Shown here: positions 37,017-45,947 of the stretch, one piece after another
Numbering within the stretch: position 1 is the stretch's first letter
Layout of the letters: each line of letters starts with the position of its first letter
Assembly (NCBI GenBank): GCA_964495345.1
Contig: CAZBVV010000002.1
Location: 1-49,165 of the forward strand
Reading direction: 5' to 3'
From: an uncultured Eubacteriales bacterium
GTDB lineage: Bacteria; Bacillota; Clostridia; Oscillospirales; Acutalibacteraceae
DNA: 49,165 nucleotides
The notes under the pieces: model-generated
What the model was told of the DNA's origin: nothing
Seen by the model: only the letters and a program-made list of their open reading frames with translations
The model's database searches: none
Program-made: the position numbers and the translations under genes

Positions 37017-38246
37017 ATGAGAAATTTAAAAAAGATTCTTAGCGTACTCCTTGTTTCCGTTATGTTAATCGCAAACATTTGCATCGTTTCTTTTGCAGAC
37101 GATTCAGCAATCGGTGAAAGCGGAACATTAAACGTAATCAGTTATGATTTACAGAGTATCCGTTCTACTTTGGACGAGTCACTTTTTGCAGCTATTAATG
37201 TAACCGAAATCGGTTCTATTATAAATGCTTTAAATTATGACATCGTTGCAACACAGGAAGATTTTGACGTAAAATGGGAGGACTATCCCATAGGCGTTGA
37301 CGTTCCCGAATATCATGAAATGTTCGTAGCATCAATGACAAATTATGCTAATATTGTTGAAGAAACAGACAGTGAAGATATTATCGGCGGCGTTGTTGAC
37401 TCTATCCTCGGTACAGAGCCTGCAGTTCTTGAAAGACATCAGACAGTTTCCGGCGGTGACGGTCTTGCAATCTATTCTAAATACGCTCTTTACAATTCAG
37501 ACAGACAGACTTGGAAAGTTGCTGACAATAAACTTTATGATGGCAGTTACAGACCTTATCAGACAGGTTTTGTCGTTACATCAATCGAGCTTGCAGAGGG
37601 TTATTTCCTTGATATCTACAATGTAAGTGCTGATGAATACGAAGGTTCCGTTGCAAACAGACAGGCACAGTTTAAACAGCTTGCAAATTACATTAAAAAG
37701 CATTCTGTTTACGATGCCGAGCTTGGTGTTTATGAACACGCTGTTATCGTTCTCGGTAATCTTAACGCAGGAATAAACGAAGAAGATACAACTTATAATT
37801 ACAACGGTCTTGTTGCAAATCTTCTTGAGGGCATAGGACTTAATGATGCATGGGCAGTAACAACGATTGACGGTATCGAAGAAAACCCCGAATCATACGA
37901 AGTTTATTATGACTACGCATTAAGAACTGAGCTTACATTTGATCAGGCATACGGTCATTACGACTCAGTAGAGAGAATCCTTTATGCTGACGGTAACGGT
38001 ATCGACCTTACATTGAACAGCTTTGATTATGCCGATATTAAGGGTCTGCTTTCAACTTCACTTTCAGACCATTGTGCCGCTGTTGCAAATATTTCATTTG
38101 AAATCGTAGAAAAAACTTACGAATACGGCAACGAGAATTATGATAAGAATGTTGATACAGAAGAATCATGGCTTATAAGATTCCTTAATTCTATTGCTAA
38201 TATATTCAAAGCAATCGGATATTTCTTCCAGAATCTCTTTAGATAA
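37017..38246 (+). CDS. Secreted endonuclease/exonuclease/phosphatase (EEP) family protein, sphingomyelinase/phospholipase-C-like
   Basis: Signal peptide MRNLKKILSVLLVSVMLIANICIVSFA. EEP-like blocks are LNVISYDL, VATQED, GLAIYSKYAL, VLGNLNAG, ERILY and LSDHCAV. The C-terminal tail is amphipathic. ATG 37017 follows AGGTGA. Confidence 0.6.
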   Translation: MRNLKKILSVLLVSVMLIANICIVSFADDSAIGESGTLNVISYDLQSIRSTLDESLFAAINVTEIGSIINALNYDIVATQEDFDVKWEDYPIGVDVPEYHEMFVASMTNYANIVEETDSEDIIGGVVDSILGTEPAVLERHQTVSGGDGLAIYSKYALYNSDRQTWKVADNKLYDGSYRPYQTGFVVTSIELAEGYFLDIYNVSADEYEGSVANRQAQFKQLANYIKKHSVYDAELGVYEHAVIVLGNLNAGINEEDTTYNYNGLVANLLEGIGLNDAWAVTTIDGIEENPESYEVYYDYALRTELTFDQAYGHYDSVERILYADGNGIDLTLNSFDYADIKGLLSTSLSDHCAAVANISFEIVEKTYEYGNENYDKNVDTEESWLIRFLNSIANIFKAIGYFFQNLFR

Positions 38247-38255
38247 ATAAAATTT

Positions 38256-38278
38256 AAGGCTCCGTAAATCGGAGCCTT
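38256..38278. terminator. Hairpin in the convergent gap (EEP gene / GH25 gene)
   Basis: 9-bp stem AAGGCTCCG (38256-38264) / CGGAGCCTT (38270-38278) with a 5-nt loop. Both sides are AT-rich and moderately T-rich. Confidence 0.6.
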
Positions 38279-38395
38279 ATTATATTGTTTTACAGAAAAC
38301 TGCATTTCAAAGATTATATTTATATCGTTTCGGCAGAGCTAAATTTGCCATGTCAGCACAGTGCCTGTTTTCTTGTCCTAAAATCCCGTTGCTAT

Positions 38396-39256
38396 TCAGA
38401 ATGATGAAAAACAGATATTCAAATCAACTTTGCCTTTTATTCCGTCAACCGTGCCGCAATCGGAATACTGCCATATACCGTATTCATAATAAAACTCGGG
38501 TGCTTCACCCTCAAACTGAGCGTACCAGAACACATAATCGTTTATTCGTGCAAGGTCGTACCTGTCGTACGCATCGGAAAGATTGAAATAAACTGCCGGA
38601 GTATATCCTGCATTTTTTATAGCCTCACAGAAGGTAATTGCACATTCTGTTATTGCGTCTGCTTGCATTCCGTCTGTTCTCATTCCCACACCGGGGTCGT
38701 TTTCCCAATCGTAAACAACAGGGTAGTCAAGCTTGTAATTTTTTATTGATTCAAGTACAAAATTCGCTTCTTCCAAAGCCTCTTCGGGATTTGTTGCCTG
38801 TGAGTAAAAATATACGCCAACCTTTAAGCCTGCTGACTTAGCTCCTCTTATGTTAGCATCTGCCGATTCATCAAGGCGAATGTTGCCCGCCGTGCCGTAA
38901 CCTCTGTAACCGATTCTTATGAGTGCAAAGTCAATGCCGTCATTTGCAACTTTCGTCCAGTTTATATCTCCTTGATAGGATGAAACATCAATACCCGTCA
39001 GGTAATTCACATCGTCGTCCATGTACACCATTCTGCCGTCTGTTTCGGTAAAAAGCTCTTTAGCATATGAACTTGCGGGGATGTTTTCATAGTAAGGAAT
39101 GTCTCCGCTTAAAAATTCAGGTGCTGATTGCGTTGTGGTGGTTTCAACCTCTTTATCCCACGAAATATTTATTATTGAAACTGCCATAACGGCACATAAT
39201 ATTATAACAACCGCAGTAATATAGTATGGAGCAAATTTTTTATTTATAAAATTCAT
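38396..39256 (-). CDS. Membrane-anchored GH25 muramidase (lysozyme)
   Basis: 286 aa. An N-terminal TM anchor is followed by GIDVSSYQGDINWTKVANDGIDFALIRIGYRG, typical of GH25, and by the DYPVVYDWE region. Confidence 0.85.
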   Translation of the reverse strand: MNFINKKFAPYYITAVVIILCAVMAVSIINISWDKEVETTTTQSAPEFLSGDIPYYENIPASSYAKELFTETDGRMVYMDDDVNYLTGIDVSSYQGDINWTKVANDGIDFALIRIGYRGYGTAGNIRLDESADANIRGAKSAGLKVGVYFYSQATNPEEALEEANFVLESIKNYKLDYPVVYDWENDPGVGMRTDGMQADAITECAITFCEAIKNAGYTPAVYFNLSDAYDRYDLARINDYVFWYAQFEGEAPEFYYEYGIWQYSDCGTVDGIKGKVDLNICFSSF

Positions 39257-39355
39257 ATAAACATCCTTTCTTGCTGATACGATAATATAATATCATTTTC
39301 GCACTTATATTACAACAGGTAAAATATTAAGAAAAAGAAAAGTTTTACTTTGTAA

Positions 39356-39384
39356 TTGACATACGCCCTCTTTTTTTATATAAT
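39356..39384 (+). promoter_or_regulatory. Perfect consensus sigma-A promoter TTGACA-17-TATAAT
   Basis: -35 at 39356-39361, 17-nt spacer, -10 at 39379-39384. The ORF-track start at 39356 is the TTG of the -35 box. Confidence 0.65.
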
Positions 39385-39433
39385 AATTCTATATTATTTA
39401 GATGCGTTTTTTATGCATCGGAGGTGCATTTTA

Positions 39434-40708
39434 ATGGACAAAAAGAATAAAACTAAACTGATAGTTGCAATAATAGCTCTTGTTGCGGTTTGTCTGTTTG
39501 CAGGTCTTGTGTTCGGCGGTGTAATTGACCTTGCAAAAATAACGGAGGAAGAGACTACCGATCCGTACGAGGGCTTTATTTCAGATTCATATACTTACGA
39601 CATCACTGCTACCCAAAGCAACAGTCTTCCTTACCTTAAAACGAATATAGAAAATATTTTTTATACAATGGATGCTGACGGCGGTGTAAAATTCTATAAA
39701 CTTGCCGATAATGCTTTTACACAGGTGGATTCAACAGGTGTATATACAACATCAGTAGTTCTCAGCGAAACAAAAATTACCGCTGATATCACGTACTATA
39801 AAGACGGTGATGAAATCTGCGGTTACGGTGTAAGCGTTAATGACGATGGCTACACTCTTTATCCTTACGTGCTTTTCTGTTTAAGAAGCTACGGGGAAGA
39901 CTATACGGGCAGTTCATCTTCATCCTGCTTGCTTTTGATTGACACTACACAGGAAGATTTTTACAGCAACGATAAAATCTTTGAAGAATCATTTGTCTTT
40001 AAGTACAGCGATTCTTCAGCCACAAGGTCAATTTCCGAAGCCAGCCGCACAGTCGGTATAAGCGGTGCAAAGCGTGACGATTATTTTCTTATTAACGACA
40101 TAACCGTTGAAAATTCCGTTACAAATCAGCTTTTCTTCTCAGGCAGATTTTATAAGGAATCCGACGCAACCGTTGATATTATGAGAACGGGCGGCAGCGG
40201 AAATAACACGGATAATATCCGTGTTGCACAGAATGTTCTGGAATATTGGCTTTATAATGACGGAACAGATATTACTTACATTACCGTTGATGAAAGCGGA
40301 AACGTTGTTGTTGAAAAGCTTAATTGGAAAACGGAAAATACCGAAACGGTTAAAACTTTTGAAGGGGTTACCAAAGACGATATTCTCGTTGACGGCGATT
40401 ATATGTATATAAACGGTAAAAATATTATATATAATCTTGTAAATAATACCCAGATAACTCTTGCTTACGGCAAAGCCAATGCTCTCAAAGCAGATACCTT
40501 CGTATCCGACGGTGAAAACATTTTTATAAGAGGCTATGTTAAGGAGCAGTATCCTGTAGGTATTATTGCAAACGGCGAAACAGGAAAAGTAAGTGTATCT
40601 TATGCTAACGAAATCTTTAAAAATGCCGTAAATCCCGTCGTTCTTTCAAACGGTCAGTTAATGTTTACCGTTGAAGCTTCAAATCTCTATACCTATTATG
40701 TATTTTAA
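39434..40708 (+). CDS. Single-pass membrane protein of unknown function with a beta-rich ectodomain
   Basis: The ATG at 39434 follows GGAGGTG. MDKKNKTKLIVAIIALVAVCLFAGLVFGGVI is a signal anchor. I recognise no motif in the remaining approximately 390 aa. Confidence 0.65.
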   Translation: MDKKNKTKLIVAIIALVAVCLFAGLVFGGVIDLAKITEEETTDPYEGFISDSYTYDITATQSNSLPYLKTNIENIFYTMDADGGVKFYKLADNAFTQVDSTGVYTTSVVLSETKITADITYYKDGDEICGYGVSVNDDGYTLYPYVLFCLRSYGEDYTGSSSSSCLLLIDTTQEDFYSNDKIFEESFVFKYSDSSATRSISEASRTVGISGAKRDDYFLINDITVENSVTNQLFFSGRFYKESDATVDIMRTGGSGNNTDNIRVAQNVLEYWLYNDGTDITYITVDESGNVVVEKLNWKTENTETVKTFEGVTKDDILVDGDYMYINGKNIIYNLVNNTQITLAYGKANALKADTFVSDGENIFIRGYVKEQYPVGIIANGETGKVSVSYANEIFKNAVNPVVLSNGQLMFTVEASNLYTYYVF

Positions 40709-40753
40709 TTATTTCACATAAAATCTAAACTTCAAAAAAAGGTGTGTGCAAGT

Positions 40754-42655
40754 ATGAAAAAATTTATTTCCTTAATTCTTGTTTTAGTTCTTACATTCTC
40801 ATTTGCAATTTCGGTTTTTGCTGATGCTGCTATTGATGCCGTAAGTGAATATCCCGTTATTCTTGTTGCAGGTTACAGCTCATCAGATCTTGTAATGACA
40901 GACGAAGACGGAAATGTGACACAGATCTGGAGCCTTGATACTTCCAAGATTATGACTATGGTTGAAGAAGAATATCTTAAAATTCTTTATGGCGGAGCAA
41001 AAATGACACAGGGAGACTATGAATATCTCGGTAAATTCCTTGGTGAAGCGGTGCTTGAAGTTCTTGAATACATGAAATGTAATCCCGACGGAACAAGTAA
41101 GTACAATGTGACAACTGCCGTTGAAAATACTGCCGAAGCCTCAAGGTGGTCTAATCTTGATGACGCTTATAAGGCTGAAGGCGATATAATGGATCATGTT
41201 ATGGAATACGTATCTGAAGATAATGTTTATCTTTATAATTGTGATTTCCGCATGGGAGCTATGGAAAATGCAGAGCGTCTTCGTGTATTAATTGAAGATA
41301 TATGTGCAACAACAGGTTATGATAAGGTAAATATTCTTTGTATCAGTCACGGCGGACAGGTAACGGGCACATACCTCAGTCTTTATGCTGATGATCCTAA
41401 GGTAAATAACTGTGTAATGTGTATGCCTGCTATGGGCGGTGCTGCACTTGCATATGATATTGCTGTTCAGAATGTTGTTTTTGATGAAAACACTCTTGTA
41501 ATGTTCCTTGAACACGGTTTTAATAATGAAACAGATTTTCACTGGCTTACAACAGCACAGTCATTAGGTTTTCTTGATGATTTGCTTGCAGAGGCTGTTC
41601 CGTATATATGTCAGCTTCTTTATACATGGAGCAGTATCTGGGACTTTATACCTTATGAATATCTTGATGAAGTAATTGATGTTGCAGGTGCAGATTATTA
41701 TTCTGAAATTATTGCAAAAACAAAAGTTTTCCATGAGGAAATAATGGTAAACTATGAGTCAAATCTCAAAAAGGCACAGTCAAACGGTGCTAATATTTCA
41801 ATTATTACAGGCAGTGGTATTGCATCAGTAACAGGTTTGCAGGAAAATACAGATGCAATAATCAGAACTGCTGATACTTGCGGTGCAATCTGTGCTCCTT
41901 ACGGTCAGCGTTTTTCAGACGGTTATGTTACTCTTAAATCAAGTTGTACAGATTCTTCTCATAATCATCTTTCTCCCTCAATGGAGATTGACGCATCTGC
42001 ATGCTGGCTTCCGGATAACACTTGGTTTGTAGAAGGATTGTACCACGGCATGGAGTATCATGATGCATATTCAAGAAACCTTATGTTTAAGCAGCTTCTC
42101 AGCACGGAGCCTTTTGCTGATGTTTATGCAGATGAAGATTATCCACAGTTCCATTCAACAACAAACAATTCAGCATCACTCTACGTAACTTTTGACGACG
42201 GTGTTGAGGGATATCTTGATTCAGACGATAAATATTTGGTTATTACAAATGTTACAACTTCTTCAACCATTGATATTTATTCCGTAACATTTAACGGCAT
42301 TGAGCTGGGCGTTGAGGATTTTATCGTAAAGACAGTTAAAGCAGGACAGACGATAAAGCTCAAGCTTGAGGGAGATATTCCTGCAGTAAGTCTTGTTCGC
42401 GGTAGTTTTACAATTAATTTCCTTACCTATGGTTCGTATACTCCTATCGGAACTGAAACATTTGATTTTACAATAATGAACGGTGAACCTGTAGAGTATG
42501 ATGCATCAAATCCTTATTCACCCGTGGATTTTGTTGTTGATATTGATGCTCCCGAAAATGTAAAATCATCACCTTTTGCACCTCTTTACAGTGCGTTTAA
42601 AAAGTTTGTGGAATACATTTACAAATTCATTGAACTTATAACAAGTATATTTTAA
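40754..42655 (+). CDS. Secreted alpha/beta-hydrolase, LCAT-like lipase/acyltransferase with a C-terminal beta-sandwich and an amphipathic tail
   Basis: Signal peptide MKKFISLILVLVLTFSFAISVFA. YPVILVAGYSSSDL resembles the LCAT/PGAP1-type N-terminal strand. The nucleophile-elbow-like block is ILCISHGGQV (C-x-S-x-G rather than G-x-S-x-G). Assignment is by eye only. Confidence 0.5.
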   Translation: MKKFISLILVLVLTFSFAISVFADAAIDAVSEYPVILVAGYSSSDLVMTDEDGNVTQIWSLDTSKIMTMVEEEYLKILYGGAKMTQGDYEYLGKFLGEAVLEVLEYMKCNPDGTSKYNVTTAVENTAEASRWSNLDDAYKAEGDIMDHVMEYVSEDNVYLYNCDFRMGAMENAERLRVLIEDICATTGYDKVNILCISHGGQVTGTYLSLYADDPKVNNCVMCMPAMGGAALAYDIAVQNVVFDENTLVMFLEHGFNNETDFHWLTTAQSLGFLDDLLAEAVPYICQLLYTWSSIWDFIPYEYLDEVIDVAGADYYSEIIAKTKVFHEEIMVNYESNLKKAQSNGANISIITGSGIASVTGLQENTDAIIRTADTCGAICAPYGQRFSDGYVTLKSSCTDSSHNHLSPSMEIDASACWLPDNTWFVEGLYHGMEYHDAYSRNLMFKQLLSTEPFADVYADEDYPQFHSTTNNSASLYVTFDDGVEGYLDSDDKYLVITNVTTSSTIDIYSVTFNGIELGVEDFIVKTVKAGQTIKLKLEGDIPAVSLVRGSFTINFLTYGSYTPIGTETFDFTIMNGEPVEYDASNPYSPVDFVVDIDAPENVKSSPFAPLYSAFKKFVEYIYKFIELITSIF

Positions 42656-42667
42656 TACGGTGATTGT

Positions 42668-43591
42668 ATGAGAAATATTGAACTCGGCTGTTCAGGTCTC
42701 AGCGTACCTGCCGTTGCAGTAGGTTTCTGGAGACTTAATTACAGCTACGACAAAAAATATGTTGAAGATTTTATCCGTACAGCGATGGAAAATGGTGCAA
42801 ATTTCTTTGACCATGCGGATATCTACGGCAGAGGCGAAGCAGAAAGTCTTTTCTCCGAAGCTATAGGTATGACTCCTGCACTAAGAGAAAAGATGATTAT
42901 ACAGTCAAAGTGCGGAATTGTTCCGGGTAAGAGTTTTGACTTTTCAAAAAAGCATATTTTAGAGTCTGTTGACGGCAGTCTTAAACGCCTTAACACAGAT
43001 TACCTTGATATTCTGCTTCTTCACAGACCCGATACTTTAATGGAGCCTGAAGAAGTCTGCGAAGCTTTTGATATACTCAAATCAAGCGGAAAAGTACGCA
43101 ACTTCGGTGTTTCAAATCAGAATATCTGGCAAATGGAGTATTTAAGAGCTAATCTGAATGTTCCTTTGGTTTCAAATCAGATGCAGCTCAGCATTGTGCA
43201 TTGTCCTATGATTCAATCGGGGCTTAACGTAAATATGTTCAACGATTCCTCTGTGGAAAGGGGAGCCGGCATTATTGAATATTGCCGTATGAACTCCATT
43301 ACGTTACAGGCATGGTCACCGTTCCAGTACGGCTTGGGCGGCGGCACGTATATGGATAATCCCGATTATCCGGGCGTAAATGCAAAGCTTAATGAGCTTG
43401 CCGAAAAATACGGCGTATCAAAAACCACAATCGCTATGTCATGGATTCTCAGCCATCCTGCAAAGATGCAGGCTATAAGCGGCTCTCTTAAAAAGGAAAG
43501 AATGCTCGATTGCCTTAAAGCGGCTGACGTTAAGCTTGACCGTGAAGATTGGTATGCTCTTTATATGAGTAACGATAATATATTACCTTAA
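42668..43591 (+). CDS. Aldo/keto reductase
   Basis: 307 aa with FDHADIYG, LLHRPD, NFGVSN and QAWSP blocks typical of AKR family enzymes. The gene starts 12 nt after the preceding stop. Confidence 0.88.
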   Translation: MRNIELGCSGLSVPAVAVGFWRLNYSYDKKYVEDFIRTAMENGANFFDHADIYGRGEAESLFSEAIGMTPALREKMIIQSKCGIVPGKSFDFSKKHILESVDGSLKRLNTDYLDILLLHRPDTLMEPEEVCEAFDILKSSGKVRNFGVSNQNIWQMEYLRANLNVPLVSNQMQLSIVHCPMIQSGLNVNMFNDSSVERGAGIIEYCRMNSITLQAWSPFQYGLGGGTYMDNPDYPGVNAKLNELAEKYGVSKTTIAMSWILSHPAKMQAISGSLKKERMLDCLKAADVKLDREDWYALYMSNDNILP

Positions 43592-43648
43592 AAGTCAACC
43601 CCATGGCATCGCTGTGGGGTAATATACTGTATAAACGGAGTAATAAAT

Positions 43649-44365
43649 ATGGCAGATCAGTTTACAAGAACCCGGCTTCTTTACGGTGATGAAGCTGTTG
43701 AAAAATTTAAAAAAAGCCGTGTTGCCGTGTTCGGAATCGGCGGCGTTGGCGGTCATTGTGTTGAGGCGTTGGTGCGAAGCGGAATCGGCAGTATTGATAT
43801 AATTGATAATGACACGGTTTCTCTTACCAATATCAACAGGCAGATTATCGCAACACACGATACTGTTGATATGCTCAAAGTTGATGCTATGGAGCGCAGA
43901 ATAAAGTCAATAAATCCCGACTGCATCGTTACAAAGTATCCCGTGTTTTTCTTGCCAGAAAATGCTGATGATTTTGATTTTTCACAGTATGATTATATTG
44001 TTGACGCCATTGATACCGTAAGCGGAAAGCTTGCTATTGTTAAAAAGGCTTACTCAATGAACATACCCGTTATTTCATCCATGGGAGCAGGCAACAAGCT
44101 CGATCCCACCGCTTTTGAAATTGCGGATATTAACAAAACGTCAGTTTGTCCCCTTGCGAGAGTTATGCGACGTCTTTGCAGAGAAAACGGCATAAAAAGG
44201 CTGAAAGTCGTTTATTCAAAAGAAGAAGCCCTTACACCACGCAATATAAAAGACAATACAGAGTTATCATCAAAGCGTGTCACACCCGGCAGTAATGCAA
44301 TCGTACCCGCCGTTGCAGGGCTTATAATTGCATCTGAGGTTTTGAAAGATTTGAGTATTGCATAA
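43649..44365 (+). CDS. tcdA: tRNA threonylcarbamoyladenosine dehydratase (ThiF/E1-like, TcdA/CsdL type)
   Basis: 238 aa with the RTRLLYGDEAVEKF...VAVFGIGGVGG Rossmann motif and NINRQ. Size and sequence are typical of TcdA rather than of larger E1 enzymes. Confidence 0.85.
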   Translation: MADQFTRTRLLYGDEAVEKFKKSRVAVFGIGGVGGHCVEALVRSGIGSIDIIDNDTVSLTNINRQIIATHDTVDMLKVDAMERRIKSINPDCIVTKYPVFFLPENADDFDFSQYDYIVDAIDTVSGKLAIVKKAYSMNIPVISSMGAGNKLDPTAFEIADINKTSVCPLARVMRRLCRENGIKRLKVVYSKEEALTPRNIKDNTELSSKRVTPGSNAIVPAVAGLIIASEVLKDLSIA

Positions 44366-44419
44366 ATTCAGTATTTGTATTATACTTAAAAAGCAAAAGC
44401 ACTTAAAGGAGTGTAAAAA

Positions 44420-45787
44420 ATGAATTACGATGTTATTATTGTCGGTGCAGGTCCGGGCGGTATTTTTGCCGCATATGAATTAATGCAGAGCAATCCCTCT
44501 TTAAAAGTTGCCGTTTTTGAAGCAGGTCATTCGTTGGACAAGCGTCACTGTCCCATCGACGGTGAAAAAATCAAAAGCTGTATTGGTTGTAAAACCTGCA
44601 GTATAATGAGTGGATTTGGCGGTGCAGGTGCTTTTTCCGACGGTAAATATAATATTACCAACGATTTTGGCGGCACTCTTTATGAATATATAGGTAAAAA
44701 GCGTGCCCTTGATTTGATGCATTACGTTGACGAAATCAATATGAAATTCGGCGGTGAGGGTACAAAGCTTTATTCTACCGCAGGTACACGCTTTAAAACC
44801 GTTTGTATACAGAACGACTTGCATCTTCTTGATGCTTCCGTTCGTCATCTTGGCACGGATATCAATTATATAGTGCTTGAAAATCTGTTTGCATATTTAA
44901 AAGATAAGGTTCAGTTTTTCTTTGATACGCCTGTTCTGTCCGTTAACACCGTTGACGGCGGATATGAGATTGTCTGTAAAGATAACACATATAAGTGCAA
45001 TAATTGTGTAATATCTGTTGGCAGAAGCGGCAGTAAGTGGATGGAAACCGTATGTAAAGAGCTTGATATTTCTACCGAATCAACCCGTGTTGATATCGGC
45101 GTGCGTGTAGAGTTGCCTGCGGAGGTTTTTGCACATCTTACAGACGAGCTTTATGAAAGCAAAATCGTTTACCGTACCGAAAAATACGGTGACAAAGTCC
45201 GTACATTCTGTATGAATCCCAAAGGTTCAGTTGTTAATGAAAACACAAACGGAATTATAACAGTAAACGGTCACAGCTATGAAGACCCCGAAAAGCAGAC
45301 GGACAACACAAATTTTGCCTTGCTTGTTGCAAAGCATTTTTCAGAGCCATTTAAGGATTCCAACGGCTACGGTGAATCTATTGCAAGATTGAGCAATATG
45401 CTCGGCGGCGGTGTAATCGTTCAGCGTTTCGGTGACCTTATCAGGGGACGCCGTTCAACCCCCAACAGAATTGAAGAAGCCTTCATTACACCCACATTGA
45501 ACGCAACCCCCGGTGATTTGAGCCTTGTGCTTCCCAAACGAATACTTGACGGTATTATTGAAATGATTTATGCACTTGACAAAGTTGCTCCGGGTACAGC
45601 AAACGAGGATACCTTACTGTATGGCGTTGAGGTCAAATTCTATAATATGGAAGTTGCGGTTGATGAAAATTTAGAGTCAAAATATAAAGGACTTTATATT
45701 ATCGGTGACGGAAGCGGTATAACCCACTCACTTTCACACGCTTCAGCAAGCGGTGTTCACGTTGCAAGAAATATAGTTGCAAAGTAA
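44420..45787 (+). CDS. FAD-dependent protein (uncharacterised NAD(FAD)-utilising dehydrogenase family, COG2509-like)
   Basis: 455 aa with DVIIVGAGPGGIFAA dinucleotide binding, a CxxCxxC-like CIGCKTCS and a C-terminal IIGDGSG. Confidence 0.75.
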   Translation: MNYDVIIVGAGPGGIFAAYELMQSNPSLKVAVFEAGHSLDKRHCPIDGEKIKSCIGCKTCSIMSGFGGAGAFSDGKYNITNDFGGTLYEYIGKKRALDLMHYVDEINMKFGGEGTKLYSTAGTRFKTVCIQNDLHLLDASVRHLGTDINYIVLENLFAYLKDKVQFFFDTPVLSVNTVDGGYEIVCKDNTYKCNNCVISVGRSGSKWMETVCKELDISTESTRVDIGVRVELPAEVFAHLTDELYESKIVYRTEKYGDKVRTFCMNPKGSVVNENTNGIITVNGHSYEDPEKQTDNTNFALLVAKHFSEPFKDSNGYGESIARLSNMLGGGVIVQRFGDLIRGRRSTPNRIEEAFITPTLNATPGDLSLVLPKRILDGIIEMIYALDKVAPGTANEDTLLYGVEVKFYNMEVAVDENLESKYKGLYIIGDGSGITHSLSHASASGVHVARNIVAK

Positions 45788-45916
45788 ACAATAATTTAAT
45801 GTACAATTAATTAACAATAAAAATGGGTTAAAGGGCGAAGCCCTTTCCACCATTGTACATTATACATTGTAAATTGTTAATTGGATAAATTATTGTTAAT
45901 TTTATAAAGTACAAAA

Positions 45917-45943
45917 AGCGGACAGGTTTGATTTCTGTCCGCT
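45917..45943. terminator. Terminator hairpin, best oriented for the GH29 gene (minus strand) and possibly bidirectional
   Basis: 9-bp stem AGCGGACAG (45917-45925) / CTGTCCGCT (45935-45943). There is a T5 on the minus-strand side and TATTTTA on the plus side. Confidence 0.75.
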
Positions 45944-45947
45944 TATT

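Noticed and set aside
43592-43648. The CCCCATGG...CTGTGGGG hairpin after the AKR gene, considered as a terminator.
   Set aside because: The stem is imperfect (5-6 bp) and no T run follows. That is too weak to call.
43649-45787. The ThiF/E1-like protein next to an FAD protein, considered as a possible ubiquitin-like conjugation or defence (E1/E2-type) module.
   Set aside because: The 238-aa protein has the size and motifs of housekeeping TcdA (tRNA ct6A dehydratase). There is no adjacent Ubl, E2, JAB/DUB or effector gene.
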